DNA of 64,000 bases from Chitinophaga pinensis (GCA_945889315.1 CAMDBP010000006.1:246-64245), one strand, 5' to 3'. Positions 39,168-49,456 are shown, counted from the stretch's first letter. The notes: generated by a model from the sequence alone, not told the origin. Numbers and translations: made by a program.

Positions 39168-39797
39168 TTATCCCCATGATGCTGGGTTTTCTCGCCATTG
39201 GCCAAGACTAGCTAAATCCGATGCTTGCACATAGCCGCTTGTCACCGCCTCATCTATCATACTAGCGTAATTCCCCAGTGTGATATACTTACAATCCGCT
39301 TGATTAAAATTATCATCTGCAATTTGAAAACCATAGGTAAATATAGCAGCCATTCCCATCACGTTATACCCTTCAGCTCTTAAGTATTCTACCACTTTTA
39401 AGCTACTTCCGCCTGTACTTATCAAATCTTCAAGTACTACTATTTTAGCATCTTTATCTACTTTTCCTTCTAACTGACGTTTCAATCCATGCGATTTAGG
39501 CTCTGGTCTACAATACGCATAGCTGAGTGAAAGTTGGTCTGCCACAAGTGCACCCATGGCGATACCCGCAGTAGCTACCCCTATTATAGTATCCACCCCC
39601 ACAAATTCCTCAGAAATCTTAGCAGAAAGCATTTCTTTTATAGCCTTTCGGTGATGCGAATAAGACAATACCGTTCGGTTATCACAATAGATTGGGCTAT
39701 TCCAACCACTGCTCCATTTGAAAGGTTTTTCCGGAGATAATTTTATTGCACTTGTTTCTAAAAGTATTTTGGCGATTTTTGCTTCTGTATTGATCAT
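39168..39797 (-). CDS. pyrE: orotate phosphoribosyltransferase
   Basis: The 209-aa ORF has the PRPP-binding loop IVVLEDLISTGGSS. Confidence 0.9.
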   Translation of the reverse strand: MINTEAKIAKILLETSAIKLSPEKPFKWSSGWNSPIYCDNRTVLSYSHHRKAIKEMLSAKISEEFVGVDTIIGVATAGIAMGALVADQLSLSYAYCRPEPKSHGLKRQLEGKVDKDAKIVVLEDLISTGGSSLKVVEYLRAEGYNVMGMAAIFTYGFQIADDNFNQADCKYITLGNYASMIDEAVTSGYVQASDLASLGQWRENPASWG

Positions 39798-39810
39798 ATA
39801 ACGAAGGCAA

Positions 39811-40443
39811 ATGTATCGAATTTTTCACGGCAAACACCGTATTTATCTCTCAAACGACGAGAATGATATAGAACGCTACACGCCTGACTTTGTCTTCAAA
39901 AAACCCAAAGAAGAGCAAATAAAAGAAGCCCTCAAAGTAGCCAAAAAAGCTACTAAACCCCTTAAAATACTGCTGTTGGGCAATCCTGATAAAATATTGA
40001 ATAGGGTTATTTTAGAGTTTAAGTATAAAATTGCTGGTGGTGGAATTGTAGAAAATACCGAGGGTAAAATATTGCTTATGAAGCGTCTTGGAAAGTGGGA
40101 TTTGCCTAAAGGGAAATTAGATAAAGGCGAAACCATTGAAGAATGTGCCTTACGCGAAATTGAAGAAGAGACGGGAGCTCAAAATTTATCCATCATTTCT
40201 TCATTTGCCGAGACCTACCATACGTACTTCCGAAACGAAAAATGGGTTATCAAACACACCCATTGGTACACGGTAAAATGTAAAAGCGATGCTGAACTCA
40301 TACCCCAAGTAGATGAAGATATAGAAGAAGTACATTGGTTGGATCCTCTTAGCCTAGATTTAGCAACACTAGACACCTACCCTGCCATACGTAAGTTACT
40401 CAAACTCTATAAAAAACGATATTCCGAATGGGCTAATGCGTAG
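39811..40443 (+). CDS. NUDIX hydrolase with N-terminal extension
   Basis: The Nudix box is GKLDKGETIEECALREIEEETG. Confidence 0.8.
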   Translation: MYRIFHGKHRIYLSNDENDIERYTPDFVFKKPKEEQIKEALKVAKKATKPLKILLLGNPDKILNRVILEFKYKIAGGGIVENTEGKILLMKRLGKWDLPKGKLDKGETIEECALREIEEETGAQNLSIISSFAETYHTYFRNEKWVIKHTHWYTVKCKSDAELIPQVDEDIEEVHWLDPLSLDLATLDTYPAIRKLLKLYKKRYSEWANA

Positions 40444-40909
40444 CCTTTATAGCTAAGTAAATAGATTCAGGAAGGTATTTTTTATACGGTCCATTATGCC
40501 GTATCAAATCCCGAACTATGGTCGAGCTAACTGAAGCGTTGTTCTGGTCGCTCATTACAAAAACACTTTGTACAGCAACAGTTATATCTTCATTTACATA
40601 TGCAATTTGTTGCTCATACGTAAAATCTTGCGTAGTACGTAGTCCACGCAATATAAACTGTGCACCTATACTCTCTGCAAACATAGCTGTAAGTCCTTCG
40701 TAATGAATTACACTAACACGAGGCTCATTTCTAAAAATGTCTTCTAGCCACGCTGTACGTTCCTCCAAGGTAAACAGGTGGTTTTTACCACTATTCACCC
40801 CAATAGCCACGACCACTTCATCAAAAAGTTTTAGCCCTCTGTTTACTATATCTAAATGTCCGTTGGTAAACGGATCAAACGTTCCTGGAAAAATTGCTTT
40901 CTTACTCAT
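40433..40909 (-). CDS. coaD: phosphopantetheine adenylyltransferase
   Basis: The ORF begins MSKKAIFPGTFDPFTNGHLDIV and contains an SSTIVR motif. Confidence 0.95.
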   Translation of the reverse strand: MSKKAIFPGTFDPFTNGHLDIVNRGLKLFDEVVVAIGVNSGKNHLFTLEERTAWLEDIFRNEPRVSVIHYEGLTAMFAESIGAQFILRGLRTTQDFTYEQQIAYVNEDITVAVQSVFVMSDQNNASVSSTIVRDLIRHNGPYKKYLPESIYLAIKATH

Positions 40910-41448
40910 TCTTCTTCGTCAAAGTTAAAAAAACTAAAGGTACTTTGGCCATATTCTCTTTTATAGCTAATAAATGTAGAATCTATCATGGTCATTGCTT
41001 GGTGTTCTAAGATAAATAATCCTCCTTTTCGCAAATAATTCCCTGTTGAAATAGTCTCTACCAAGGCGTGAATTTCTGCATTGTCATTATACGGGGGATC
41101 GGCAAATATGATGTCGTATTGATTTTCATCCTTGGCTAAAAAAGAAAGCACTTTTTCTTGCTCAAGCTGTAACGGCATCTTTAATTTAACGGCCAATTCT
41201 TTTATGTAGACTATAGACTTCCGGTTAAAATCTACAGCGGTAATATCTGTAGTGCCTCGAGAACAAAATTCGAGGGCAATACTTCCCAATCCACTATATA
41301 AGTCTAGCACTTTTATATCCTCAAAGTAATAGGTCTGATCCAAAATATTAAAAAGAGCCTCTTTTGCACGGTCGGTTGTAGGCCGAGCATGCGGCATGTT
41401 TTTTTCAGGAAACCTGAAGCCTTTGTGTATCCCGCTTACAATGCGCAT
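40906..41448 (-). CDS. rsmD: 16S rRNA (guanine966-N2)-methyltransferase
   Basis: The motifs are MRIVSG, RPTTDRAKEALFNIL, DLYSGLGS and FADPPY. It overlaps coaD by 4 nt. Confidence 0.9.
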   Translation of the reverse strand: MRIVSGIHKGFRFPEKNMPHARPTTDRAKEALFNILDQTYYFEDIKVLDLYSGLGSIALEFCSRGTTDITAVDFNRKSIVYIKELAVKLKMPLQLEQEKVLSFLAKDENQYDIIFADPPYNDNAEIHALVETISTGNYLRKGGLFILEHQAMTMIDSTFISYKREYGQSTFSFFNFDEEE

Positions 41449-42188
41449 TGTGCAAAGAAATAAGCCAACATCTCTTCTTCTTTATTTTCGTCAACGTTGG
41501 TTTGGCTATAAGCAGATGTTATGTTCGACAAATAAAGTGGACTTACATAATTTTTAAAAATCGAAACATACGTTTCGTGCATCCCTTTAGTACCAATGCA
41601 CTCAAAATAGAGTTCACTTGAATTTAGCTCCAATTGCTCTATCACCAACATCACATAATAAAACGTCTCTTCCGCATTTTGGCTGGGGTATCTATTGGCC
41701 AGCATAAACTGTCCCTCTCTCCACGCCAAAATGGTGATTTCATTGGCTTGACAGTAAAAATACACGGCATTCTTAGGTGACTTTTGCGCAGTGTAGGTGT
41801 ACGCCAAATGAATATCACTCGTATGCTGTAAGCCTACTACTAGTTGTGAGACAGTCTTAAAAACAGATGAGGCTTGGTAGACAATCGCAAATATTTCGGA
41901 TTCTTGAATTTCTAAATCATCCGCAAGACCATTATTTAACGTATAATATAATTGAAGTTCTGAATCATTCAGTGGGCCTAAAGAAAAAGGCATCCCACTA
42001 GAAACCAGGACACTACTACTAAAAATAGCATTTACCAAGGAATCGGGATACGTATGGGTGTAAGACATTATGCAATGCCACTTTAGAATACTGTCTTTGT
42101 TATATATATGGTAAACAACTTTGTCTTTGAAGAGGCTTACTATAAGCCGATCACTTACGGCATTGATATAGGCGGCTTGTTCGGTCAC
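41436..42188 (-). CDS. conserved hypothetical protein (DUF3822-like by context and size)
   Basis: The 250-aa ORF overlaps rsmD by 13 nt. The family name is recalled from the conserved Bacteroidetes coaD-rsmD neighbourhood and has not been verified. Confidence 0.45.
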   Translation of the reverse strand: MTEQAAYINAVSDRLIVSLFKDKVVYHIYNKDSILKWHCIMSYTHTYPDSLVNAIFSSSVLVSSGMPFSLGPLNDSELQLYYTLNNGLADDLEIQESEIFAIVYQASSVFKTVSQLVVGLQHTSDIHLAYTYTAQKSPKNAVYFYCQANEITILAWREGQFMLANRYPSQNAEETFYYVMLVIEQLELNSSELYFECIGTKGMHETYVSIFKNYVSPLYLSNITSAYSQTNVDENKEEEMLAYFFAQCAL

Positions 42189-42199
42189 GCCTACTTTAT

Positions 42200-42736
42200 C
42201 TACTTCCAGTTACCGTTATAATTCACTTCAAATAGAGAGCCTACTGTAAGTGGGTCGTTTTTCTTAATACGTTCTTTATTGAACGGATAAGGATCTTTTA
42301 TTTCGAATACAGGAACTGTAACGTTGTTCTTTTTGATTTCACCTGAAGCTATGATAAATACTGCAGTATCTGTTCCCGGCAAGAACTTAAGGCTATTGAT
42401 GTCTATTCCTTTATAAAGAGAGTCTTTTATACTAAACTCTATCGTACGTGAGCTAAAAACGGTAGTAGAGTCATCTTTATCTCCTTCTAAAATCATTGTT
42501 TTAACGGTGCCTTCTTCTAAAAACTTAAAAAGTTCATCAAAGGTGTTCGCAAATTTTCCGTTAGCATCTTTGTATAACAACTCAGCATCGCGAAGCGCTT
42601 CTAATTTTGCAATTACAGCATCTTCTTTCACTTCTACTTCTTCCGCATAAACGAGATCATCATTGACGGTATCAAAGGTTTTGTAGGCGAAAAAGGCTAT
42701 CATTACTAACAGTGTGATTCTAATGGCGTATTTCAT
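42200..42736 (-). CDS. hypothetical membrane-anchored protein
   Basis: The 178-aa ORF has a single N-terminal TM helix (ITLLVMIAFFAY). It lies 11 nt upstream of the DUF3822-like gene. Confidence 0.5.
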   Translation of the reverse strand: MKYAIRITLLVMIAFFAYKTFDTVNDDLVYAEEVEVKEDAVIAKLEALRDAELLYKDANGKFANTFDELFKFLEEGTVKTMILEGDKDDSTTVFSSRTIEFSIKDSLYKGIDINSLKFLPGTDTAVFIIASGEIKKNNVTVPVFEIKDPYPFNKERIKKNDPLTVGSLFEVNYNGNWK

Positions 42737-42873
42737 GTATGCTTTTGTATATTTTAAGTGGCAATATTACGTAAAATCAGTTAAATATATTTTGACTTTG
42801 TTTTTTTTATTGATAACCGGCGCTCTTCAGCTAACGAAAGATTTGAAGCACCAATCTGTTTGTTCAAACGCTC

Positions 42874-43539
42874 TTACTCCGTCCACACATATTTAAACAA
42901 TACCACGGAAAGAACCAACTGAATAATTAACAACAACATCAAGACCAACCAATCTTGAAAAAACACAGACGTGTCTAGCGGAGAAAGGGCTTTACTCGCA
43001 GATTTTAGACTTACCAAAAGGCTAGGAATAAGTAAGGGTAAACTTAATATCATAGCAACCAGACTGCTGTTTTTAGCACCAAGCGCTAAGGCAGAGTTAA
43101 ACGTAAATACAGCAGAGTTGCAAAGGGTAAACAATAATGCTGTGATCATGTACTGCCAGAAGTGCGGAATACTTTGGGGCAGCCAAAAATTCATCAAAAC
43201 ACAGAGCACTGTCAAAAAGAAAGCGTTGACTAAAAACTGATACGCAATTTTGGAGACTATAATGGCCCGGCTATCTACCAAGAATTTATAATAGAGTAGA
43301 CTTCCTTTATTTTCCATCAGAAAACTTCGCCCTATGTTTTGAACTACCCCAAAAATGAGAACGACGTAAAATAAACTGTGCCATACCATGTCACTAGCTT
43401 GCTTTTGAATCGTGTAGATAATAAAAACGGAAACGACCAATAGCAGCACCAGCGACCACAGGGCATACTTATTTTTAAGCTCCATTTTGAGCTCTTTTAG
43501 AAAAAGTTGTTTTATCTGCTTAATAAGTGCAGTTTGCAT
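42874..43539 (-). CDS. CcmB-like (heme exporter protein B family) ABC-type permease
   Basis: It has six predicted TM helices and is of CcmB size. The layout resembles E. coli CcmB: N-terminal LKMELKNKYAL, a RSFLMENKGSLLYY segment and LSLPLLIPSLL. I prefer the second ATG (MQTALIKQ...). The ORF track starts at 43563. Confidence 0.5.
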   Translation of the reverse strand: MQTALIKQIKQLFLKELKMELKNKYALWSLVLLLVVSVFIIYTIQKQASDMVWHSLFYVVLIFGVVQNIGRSFLMENKGSLLYYKFLVDSRAIIVSKIAYQFLVNAFFLTVLCVLMNFWLPQSIPHFWQYMITALLFTLCNSAVFTFNSALALGAKNSSLVAMILSLPLLIPSLLVSLKSASKALSPLDTSVFFQDWLVLMLLLIIQLVLSVVLFKYVWTE

Positions 43540-43566
43540 AAATTTGCCATCGCAAAAGTACATTTA

Positions 43567-44025
43567 ATGTTATACCAATTACAGAACTTATCAGAAGAAG
43601 AAAGAATTGTCGTTCAGCAATCACCAGTTTGGGTCACCTTACTTATTGCTTGCGCAGATCACGATATAGACGAAGCGGAAATAGATAGAGCCAAAGAAAT
43701 AGTGCATATTAAATCTTTTGCTACTCAAAACGACGTAAAGCATCTTTATAAAGACCTAGACAGCCACATCGATAAAGAAATTGACAATGCGCTAAGAAGT
43801 TTACCCGCCAAAGGAAATGAGCGCTTGGTTTTACTAGAAGAACACATTGCAAAACTGAATCGCATCCTTCCTAAGTTAGACAGTACGTATGCCACGCAAT
43901 TGTACAATAGCCTATTGAGTTTAGCTGTTTCTGTAGCGAAATCTGAAGGAGGAATATTTGGAATTCAACGAGTAAGCCCTAACGAGAAGCAATACATTCA
44001 TTTACCTATGCTGCACAAGCCTTGA
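43567..44025 (+). CDS. hypothetical helical protein (faintly TerB-like)
   Basis: I chose the internal ATG at 43567 (MLYQLQNLSEEERIVVQQSPVWVTLLIACADHDIDEAEIDRAKE). The longer form would overlap the divergent CcmB-like gene. Its stop overlaps the accC TTG start (TTGA). Confidence 0.5.
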   Translation: MLYQLQNLSEEERIVVQQSPVWVTLLIACADHDIDEAEIDRAKEIVHIKSFATQNDVKHLYKDLDSHIDKEIDNALRSLPAKGNERLVLLEEHIAKLNRILPKLDSTYATQLYNSLLSLAVSVAKSEGGIFGIQRVSPNEKQYIHLPMLHKP

Positions 44026-45491
44026 AAAAAATACTAATAGCAAACCGTGGCGAAATCGCCGTAAGAGTGATAAAAACTTGTCGCAAGATGGGTATCTCCA
44101 CCGTAGCTATTTACTCGGAGGCAGATAGAGACTCTAAACACGTACAAATGGCTGACGAGGCTTTTTGTGTGGGCCCTGCACCCAGTGCAGAGAGTTATCT
44201 ACAAGCCGCCAAAATTATACAAATCTGTAAAGACAATAACGTAGATGGAATACATCCAGGCTATGGCTTTTTATCTGAAAACGCAGGTTTTGTTAAAGCC
44301 GTAAAAAATGCAGGTATAACCTTTATAGGACCCAGTCCTGAGGCTATAGACTTAATGGGAAGTAAAATCGCCAGTAAGCAAGCCGTAGAAAAATATGGGG
44401 TACCACTAGTTCCAGGTATTAATCACGCCGTAGAAGACATCAGTGAGGCTGCCGATGTAGCCAATCAAATAGGCTACCCTGTGCTCGTAAAAGCAAGTGC
44501 CGGAGGTGGCGGTAAGGGAATGCGAATTGTGCACGACCCAAAAGATTTAGAAAGCCAAATGAGAACTGCACAAAGTGAAGCTCAAAGTGCTTTCGGAGAT
44601 CGTTCTGTTTTTATAGAAAAATTTGTTACCAAGCCAAGACATATAGAAATTCAGCTCATCGCAGACAATCACGGCAACGTAATTTACTTACTTGAGCGTG
44701 AGTGCTCTATACAAAGACGTCACCAAAAACTAGTAGAAGAAGCTCCTAGTGCAGTGCTTACTCCAGCGCTGCGAAAAGCAATGGGAGAAGCAGCCGTTAA
44801 TGTGGCTAAGGCATGCAACTATTCTGGTGCAGGTACCGTAGAATTCTTATTGGATGCAGACCATCATTTTTATTTCTTAGAAATGAATACTCGCTTGCAA
44901 GTAGAGCATCCTGTTACTGAACTCATAACGGGATTAGACCTTGTGGCAGAACAAATAAAAGTGGCTCGTAACGAGCAACTTACGTATTCTCAGGACGATA
45001 TAAAAGCCAATGGACACGCTATTGAACTACGTTTGACCGCAGAAGAGCCTGAGAACGACTTTACGCCAGCCATCGGTACAATTAACACCTACCAAGCACC
45101 TAAAGACGAGTGGGTACGTTTAGATGATTTTGTGTATGAGGGATATGAAATACCTATCTATTATGACAACATGTTTGCTAAACTTATCGTTTGGGGAGCA
45201 GATCGTACAGAAGCTATACAACGCATGATTAAAGCCTGCAATGATTTCAAAATTGAGGGTGTTCCAACTACCTTAGATTTTGGACGTTTTGTTATGCAGC
45301 ATCCTAAATTTATTGAAGGAGATTTTGACACCAATTTTATAGCACAATACTACACACCTGAAGCGCGTGCTGAACAAGATTACGAAATCAATAAAGCAGC
45401 ATCACTATTTACATACTTAGAATTTAACGAGCACAAAGAGGTTATAGTGGCAGAGCATACCAGTAGCAATTGGAGTAAACGAAACCTTTAA
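44022..45491 (+). CDS. accC: biotin carboxylase subunit of an acyl-CoA carboxylase
   Basis: The ORF has a TTG start and begins MKKILIANRGEIAVRVIKTCRKMGI. An ATP-grasp fold (VLVKASAGGGGKGMRIV) and the motifs EMNTRLQVEHPVTE and RHIEIQ are present. Confidence 0.9.
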   Translation: MKKILIANRGEIAVRVIKTCRKMGISTVAIYSEADRDSKHVQMADEAFCVGPAPSAESYLQAAKIIQICKDNNVDGIHPGYGFLSENAGFVKAVKNAGITFIGPSPEAIDLMGSKIASKQAVEKYGVPLVPGINHAVEDISEAADVANQIGYPVLVKASAGGGGKGMRIVHDPKDLESQMRTAQSEAQSAFGDRSVFIEKFVTKPRHIEIQLIADNHGNVIYLLERECSIQRRHQKLVEEAPSAVLTPALRKAMGEAAVNVAKACNYSGAGTVEFLLDADHHFYFLEMNTRLQVEHPVTELITGLDLVAEQIKVARNEQLTYSQDDIKANGHAIELRLTAEEPENDFTPAIGTINTYQAPKDEWVRLDDFVYEGYEIPIYYDNMFAKLIVWGADRTEAIQRMIKACNDFKIEGVPTTLDFGRFVMQHPKFIEGDFDTNFIAQYYTPEARAEQDYEINKAASLFTYLEFNEHKEVIVAEHTSSNWSKRNL

Positions 45492-45569
45492 GAAATACAG
45501 GCGTAAAACCTCACTATTTCTTCGATCACAACTTAATTTCTAGCACAACATAATATATTCGCTCCTATC

Positions 45570-47681
45570 TTGGAACGACGTATAGCACAACTAACCAATA
45601 TTAGCGAAAAACAGGTCAATGCCGTTTTAAAACTACTTGCCGAAGGAGGCACAATTCCTTTTATAGCGCGCTATAGAAAAGAAGCCACCGGCAGCTTAGA
45701 CGAGGTTGCTATCGAAAAAATAGATGTAGCACAGAAAAAATTCATCGAACTCGAAAAAAGAAGACAGACGATCCTAGATCGATTAGCAGAACTTAACATA
45801 CAAAAACCCGAACTCATAGCACAAATTCAAAACTGCTATGACCCCAGAGAACTCGAAGACCTATACCTCCCCTACAAGCAAAAACGAAAAACCAAAGCTA
45901 CCGTTGCTATAGAGCAAGGATTAGAACCGCTGGCTAAGCTTATTATGGCGCAACGCCAAAACGATATCATGGCACAAGCTTATCGCTTTTCCAAGAACGG
46001 ACTTACGATAGACGATGCACTGGAAGGCGCACGTCATATTATAGCCGAATGGTTAAGCGAAAGTCCTGCCGCACGAAATACCATACGCACCAGCTATGAA
46101 CGGCATGCCACGCTTACTTCCAACGTAGATAAGAAAAAAACAGCCGACGCACAGAAATATTTAGACTATTTTGATTTCTCCCAGGGGGTTAACCGTATTC
46201 CCAGTCATAGATTTTTGGCTATACTGCGTGCAGAAAAAGAAGGTTTACTAAAAGTAAAAATAGAAATAGATAATGAACGTGCACTTGAACGACTTGAACG
46301 CATATTTATTCGCTCCAATGCCGATGCCGCGCATCATATACAACTCGCCTTAAAAGACAGCTACAAACGTCTCTTGGCGCCAAGCATAGAAACCGAAATT
46401 CGCAAAGAAGCGAAAGAAAAAGCAGACCTAGAAGCCATTGGAATTTTTGCTAATAATCTTACCCAATTGCTCATGGCACCCCCACTTGGCACTAAGCGTA
46501 TTTTGGCGTTAGACCCCGGTTTTAGAACAGGTTGTAAATTGACATGCTTAGACCAACAAAGTAACTTAGTACATCATAGCACCGTTTACCCGCATGAACC
46601 ACAAAACGATAAAGAAAATGCTCGTCACTGCATAGAAATCCTCATTCGCAAGCATGATATAGAAGCCATAGCAATAGGTAACGGAACTGCTGGCAGAGAA
46701 ACGGAACAATTTATTAAAAGCATATTACCCAAAGAATCTGCTATTGAAGTATATCTAATAAGTGAAGCCGGCGCATCTATATACTCTGCTAGTGAGGCCG
46801 CAAGGGAAGAATTCCCAGACTTAGATTTAACCGTGAGAGGATCTATTTCTATCGGGCGCAGACTTATGGATCCCTTAGCCGAATTGGTAAAAATAGAACC
46901 CAAAAGTATAGGCGTAGGACAATACCAGCACGATGTAGATCAAGGTAAACTAAAAACCACACTGGATAACGTGGTGAGTTTTGCCGTAAATAAAGTAGGC
47001 GTAAATGTAAATACAGCCAGCAAACATTTGTTGCAATACGTTGCAGGCTTAGGACCAAAGCTCGCACAAAATGTGGTGAATCATCGGCAAGAAAACGGAA
47101 CGTTTAAAAGTATAGATCAACTCAAAAAAATAAAGGGATTTGGGACCAAGGCGTACGAACAGTCTGCAGGATTTTTACGTGTGATAGATGGAGACAATCC
47201 GTTAGATGCATCTGCTGTGCACCCCGAACGTTACGCAATCGTTCAAAAAATGGCTAAAAAACTAAACCTTCCTACCTATAAATTAATAGGAAATACAGAG
47301 CTCGCTACCACGCTTCAATTAGAAGATTTTGTATCTGAAGAGATTGGTTTAATCACACTTACGGACATTGTAAACGAACTACAAAAACCAGGATTAGACC
47401 CGCGTGGTGCAGCTAAGACAATGGACTATGACGACCGCATACGTGACATAAAAGACATTCGTACGGGTATGATCTTGCAAGGAAAAGTAAGCAATCTTAC
47501 TAAGTTTGGGGCCTTTGTGGATATAGGTATAAAAGAGAATGGACTAATACACGTGTCCCAAATAACCGATAAATACATTACCGATCCCGCCGAATACCTG
47601 AGTCTAGAACAAGTAGTCACCGTAAAAGTGATTGAAGTAGACGTAGATCGAAAACGAATCGCTCTGAGTATGAAGATGTAG
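45570..47681 (+). CDS. tex: Tex-like transcription accessory protein (YqgF/HhH/S1 domains)
   Basis: The ORF has a TTG start and carries TIPFIARYRKEATGSLDE. A C-terminal S1 domain is present (ILQGKVSNLTKFGAFVDIG...GLIHVSQI). Confidence 0.9.
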   Translation: MERRIAQLTNISEKQVNAVLKLLAEGGTIPFIARYRKEATGSLDEVAIEKIDVAQKKFIELEKRRQTILDRLAELNIQKPELIAQIQNCYDPRELEDLYLPYKQKRKTKATVAIEQGLEPLAKLIMAQRQNDIMAQAYRFSKNGLTIDDALEGARHIIAEWLSESPAARNTIRTSYERHATLTSNVDKKKTADAQKYLDYFDFSQGVNRIPSHRFLAILRAEKEGLLKVKIEIDNERALERLERIFIRSNADAAHHIQLALKDSYKRLLAPSIETEIRKEAKEKADLEAIGIFANNLTQLLMAPPLGTKRILALDPGFRTGCKLTCLDQQSNLVHHSTVYPHEPQNDKENARHCIEILIRKHDIEAIAIGNGTAGRETEQFIKSILPKESAIEVYLISEAGASIYSASEAAREEFPDLDLTVRGSISIGRRLMDPLAELVKIEPKSIGVGQYQHDVDQGKLKTTLDNVVSFAVNKVGVNVNTASKHLLQYVAGLGPKLAQNVVNHRQENGTFKSIDQLKKIKGFGTKAYEQSAGFLRVIDGDNPLDASAVHPERYAIVQKMAKKLNLPTYKLIGNTELATTLQLEDFVSEEIGLITLTDIVNELQKPGLDPRGAAKTMDYDDRIRDIKDIRTGMILQGKVSNLTKFGAFVDIGIKENGLIHVSQITDKYITDPAEYLSLEQVVTVKVIEVDVDRKRIALSMKM

Positions 47682-47775
47682 GCTGTAAGAAGAATAAGCA
47701 TCTATAAAATCAATTTGGCTTCATTCATACTCCAACATTTCCGATAGCACATAAAGCTTACATTTGCTGCACATA

Positions 47776-49131
47776 ATGGAGTCTTTCGAAGAACTAAACA
47801 TTTCCAAACAACTGCTCAATGCCATTACAGACTTGGGCTTTGAAAAACCTACTCCTATTCAAGAAGAGGCTTTTCCTATTGCCATGTCTGGTAAAAATAT
47901 TGTGGGCATAGCCCAAACCGGAACAGGTAAAACTCTTGCGTATATGTTGCCCATTTTGCAACAATTTAAGTTTTCAAAAGACTACAAGCCAAAAGCCATT
48001 ATTCTAGTCCCTACCAGAGAACTGGTAATACAGGTAGTAGAGCAAATAGAATTATTTACCAAGTACATGACTACCCGCGTATTGGGCGTATATGGCGGGG
48101 TAAATATTAAAACCCAAATGGGCCAACTTACCCAAGGAGTAGATATCGTTGTAGGCACACCGGGCAGGTTATATGACCTTGCCGCTAATCGTTCGTTGTT
48201 GCTTCAAAATGTCAAAAAACTGGTGATAGATGAAGTAGATGTAATGCTTGATTTAGGTTTCCGTTTTCAGTTAAATAATATTTTTGAACTGCTACCCGAA
48301 AAACGTCAAAACAGTATGTTTTCGGCAACAATGACGGAAGATGTCGAAATACTAATCACCGAAAATTTTATAGAACCCGAATTTATTGCAATTGCACTCA
48401 GTGGTACACCGCTAGACAACATTGCACAAAGTTGTTATCCCGTAACTAACTTCTATACTAAGGTAAACCTGCTAGCACACTTACTTAAAGATAAGAGCAA
48501 GTACCAAAAGGTTCTTATTTTTATGGATAGTAAGAAAAATGCAGATCGCCTTTTTGAAGCATTGGAAGAGGAATTCTGGAAAGACCTAGGAATTATACAC
48601 TCCAACAAAAGTCAAAACAATAGAATGGCAGCGATAGAACGTTTTAATGATAACGCGAGCCGTATATTAATTGCTTCTGATTTGATAGCGCGTGGTTTAG
48701 ACTTAGCAAACATCTCACATGTTATTAGTTTTGACACCCCTAAATACCCAGAGAACTATATGCACCGCATTGGTAGAACAGGAAGAGCAGAAAAAATAGG
48801 CGAATCCGTACTTTTTTATACCGAAGCTGAAGAAGAATGGAAGCTAGCTATCGAAAAATTAATGGAATATACTATTCCAGCATTACCGTTCCCAGAAGAA
48901 GTAAAGGTTTCCAAACAACTTACCTTGGAAGAACAGCCACGCATTATTGAGAAGAATCCGCACAAAAAAACGCAACGAGAAGCAGGTCCCGGATTTCACG
49001 AAAAGAAAGACAGCAATAAAAAAACTACGAATTTAGGTGGAGGGCAAAAACTAAAAATTAAAAAAGCTAAGAAGTATAAGAAACCTATTACTCGAGGAAG
49101 TAAAGAGATGAATATGAAGAAACGCAAGTGA
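47776..49131 (+). CDS. DEAD-box ATP-dependent RNA helicase with basic C-terminal tail
   Basis: It has a Q-motif region (FEELNISKQLLNAITDLGFEKPTPIQ) and the motifs AQTGTGKT, VIDEVD (a DEVD variant of DEAD), SAT and HRIGRTGR. I prefer the ATG at 47776 to the TTG at 47764, because TACATTTG (47759-47766) overlaps that TTG. Confidence 0.9.
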   Translation: MESFEELNISKQLLNAITDLGFEKPTPIQEEAFPIAMSGKNIVGIAQTGTGKTLAYMLPILQQFKFSKDYKPKAIILVPTRELVIQVVEQIELFTKYMTTRVLGVYGGVNIKTQMGQLTQGVDIVVGTPGRLYDLAANRSLLLQNVKKLVIDEVDVMLDLGFRFQLNNIFELLPEKRQNSMFSATMTEDVEILITENFIEPEFIAIALSGTPLDNIAQSCYPVTNFYTKVNLLAHLLKDKSKYQKVLIFMDSKKNADRLFEALEEEFWKDLGIIHSNKSQNNRMAAIERFNDNASRILIASDLIARGLDLANISHVISFDTPKYPENYMHRIGRTGRAEKIGESVLFYTEAEEEWKLAIEKLMEYTIPALPFPEEVKVSKQLTLEEQPRIIEKNPHKKTQREAGPGFHEKKDSNKKTTNLGGGQKLKIKKAKKYKKPITRGSKEMNMKKRK

Positions 49132-49236
49132 TAAGGCTTTCTATATTAGCGTTTACTCCTAAAGTGAATTAAACGTCCCTTCATTTTCTAAAAAAAAATG
49201 CGATAAAATAAAAAAACCAATCACACGAAAACTGAC

Positions 49237-49244
49237 TACATTTG
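49237..49244 (+). promoter_or_regulatory. candidate -7 box (TAnnTTTG) for csp
   Basis: TACATTTG ends 20 nt upstream of the csp ATG. No clear -33 element was seen. Confidence 0.35.
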
Positions 49245-49264
49245 CACTTTAATAAAACAATACC

Positions 49265-49456
49265 ATGAACAAAGGAACAGTAAAATTCTTCAACGATGAA
49301 AAAGGCTTTGGCTTTATCACTCCAGAAGATGGAAGTAAAGATGTATTTGTACACAAAACAGGTACTAGAACTAGAATCAACGAGGGAGACCAAGTTACCT
49401 ACGAATTAGAAGACGGTCAAAAAGGCCCAAGTGCAGTAAATGTAAATTTAGTATAA
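49265..49456 (+). CDS. cold-shock protein (CspA family)
   Basis: The 63-aa ORF begins [30 protein letters not shown], which contains the RNP1 and RNP2 motifs. Confidence 0.97.
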   Translation: MNKGTVKFFNDEKGFGFITPEDGSKDVFVHKTGTRTRINEGDQVTYELEDGQKGPSAVNVNLV

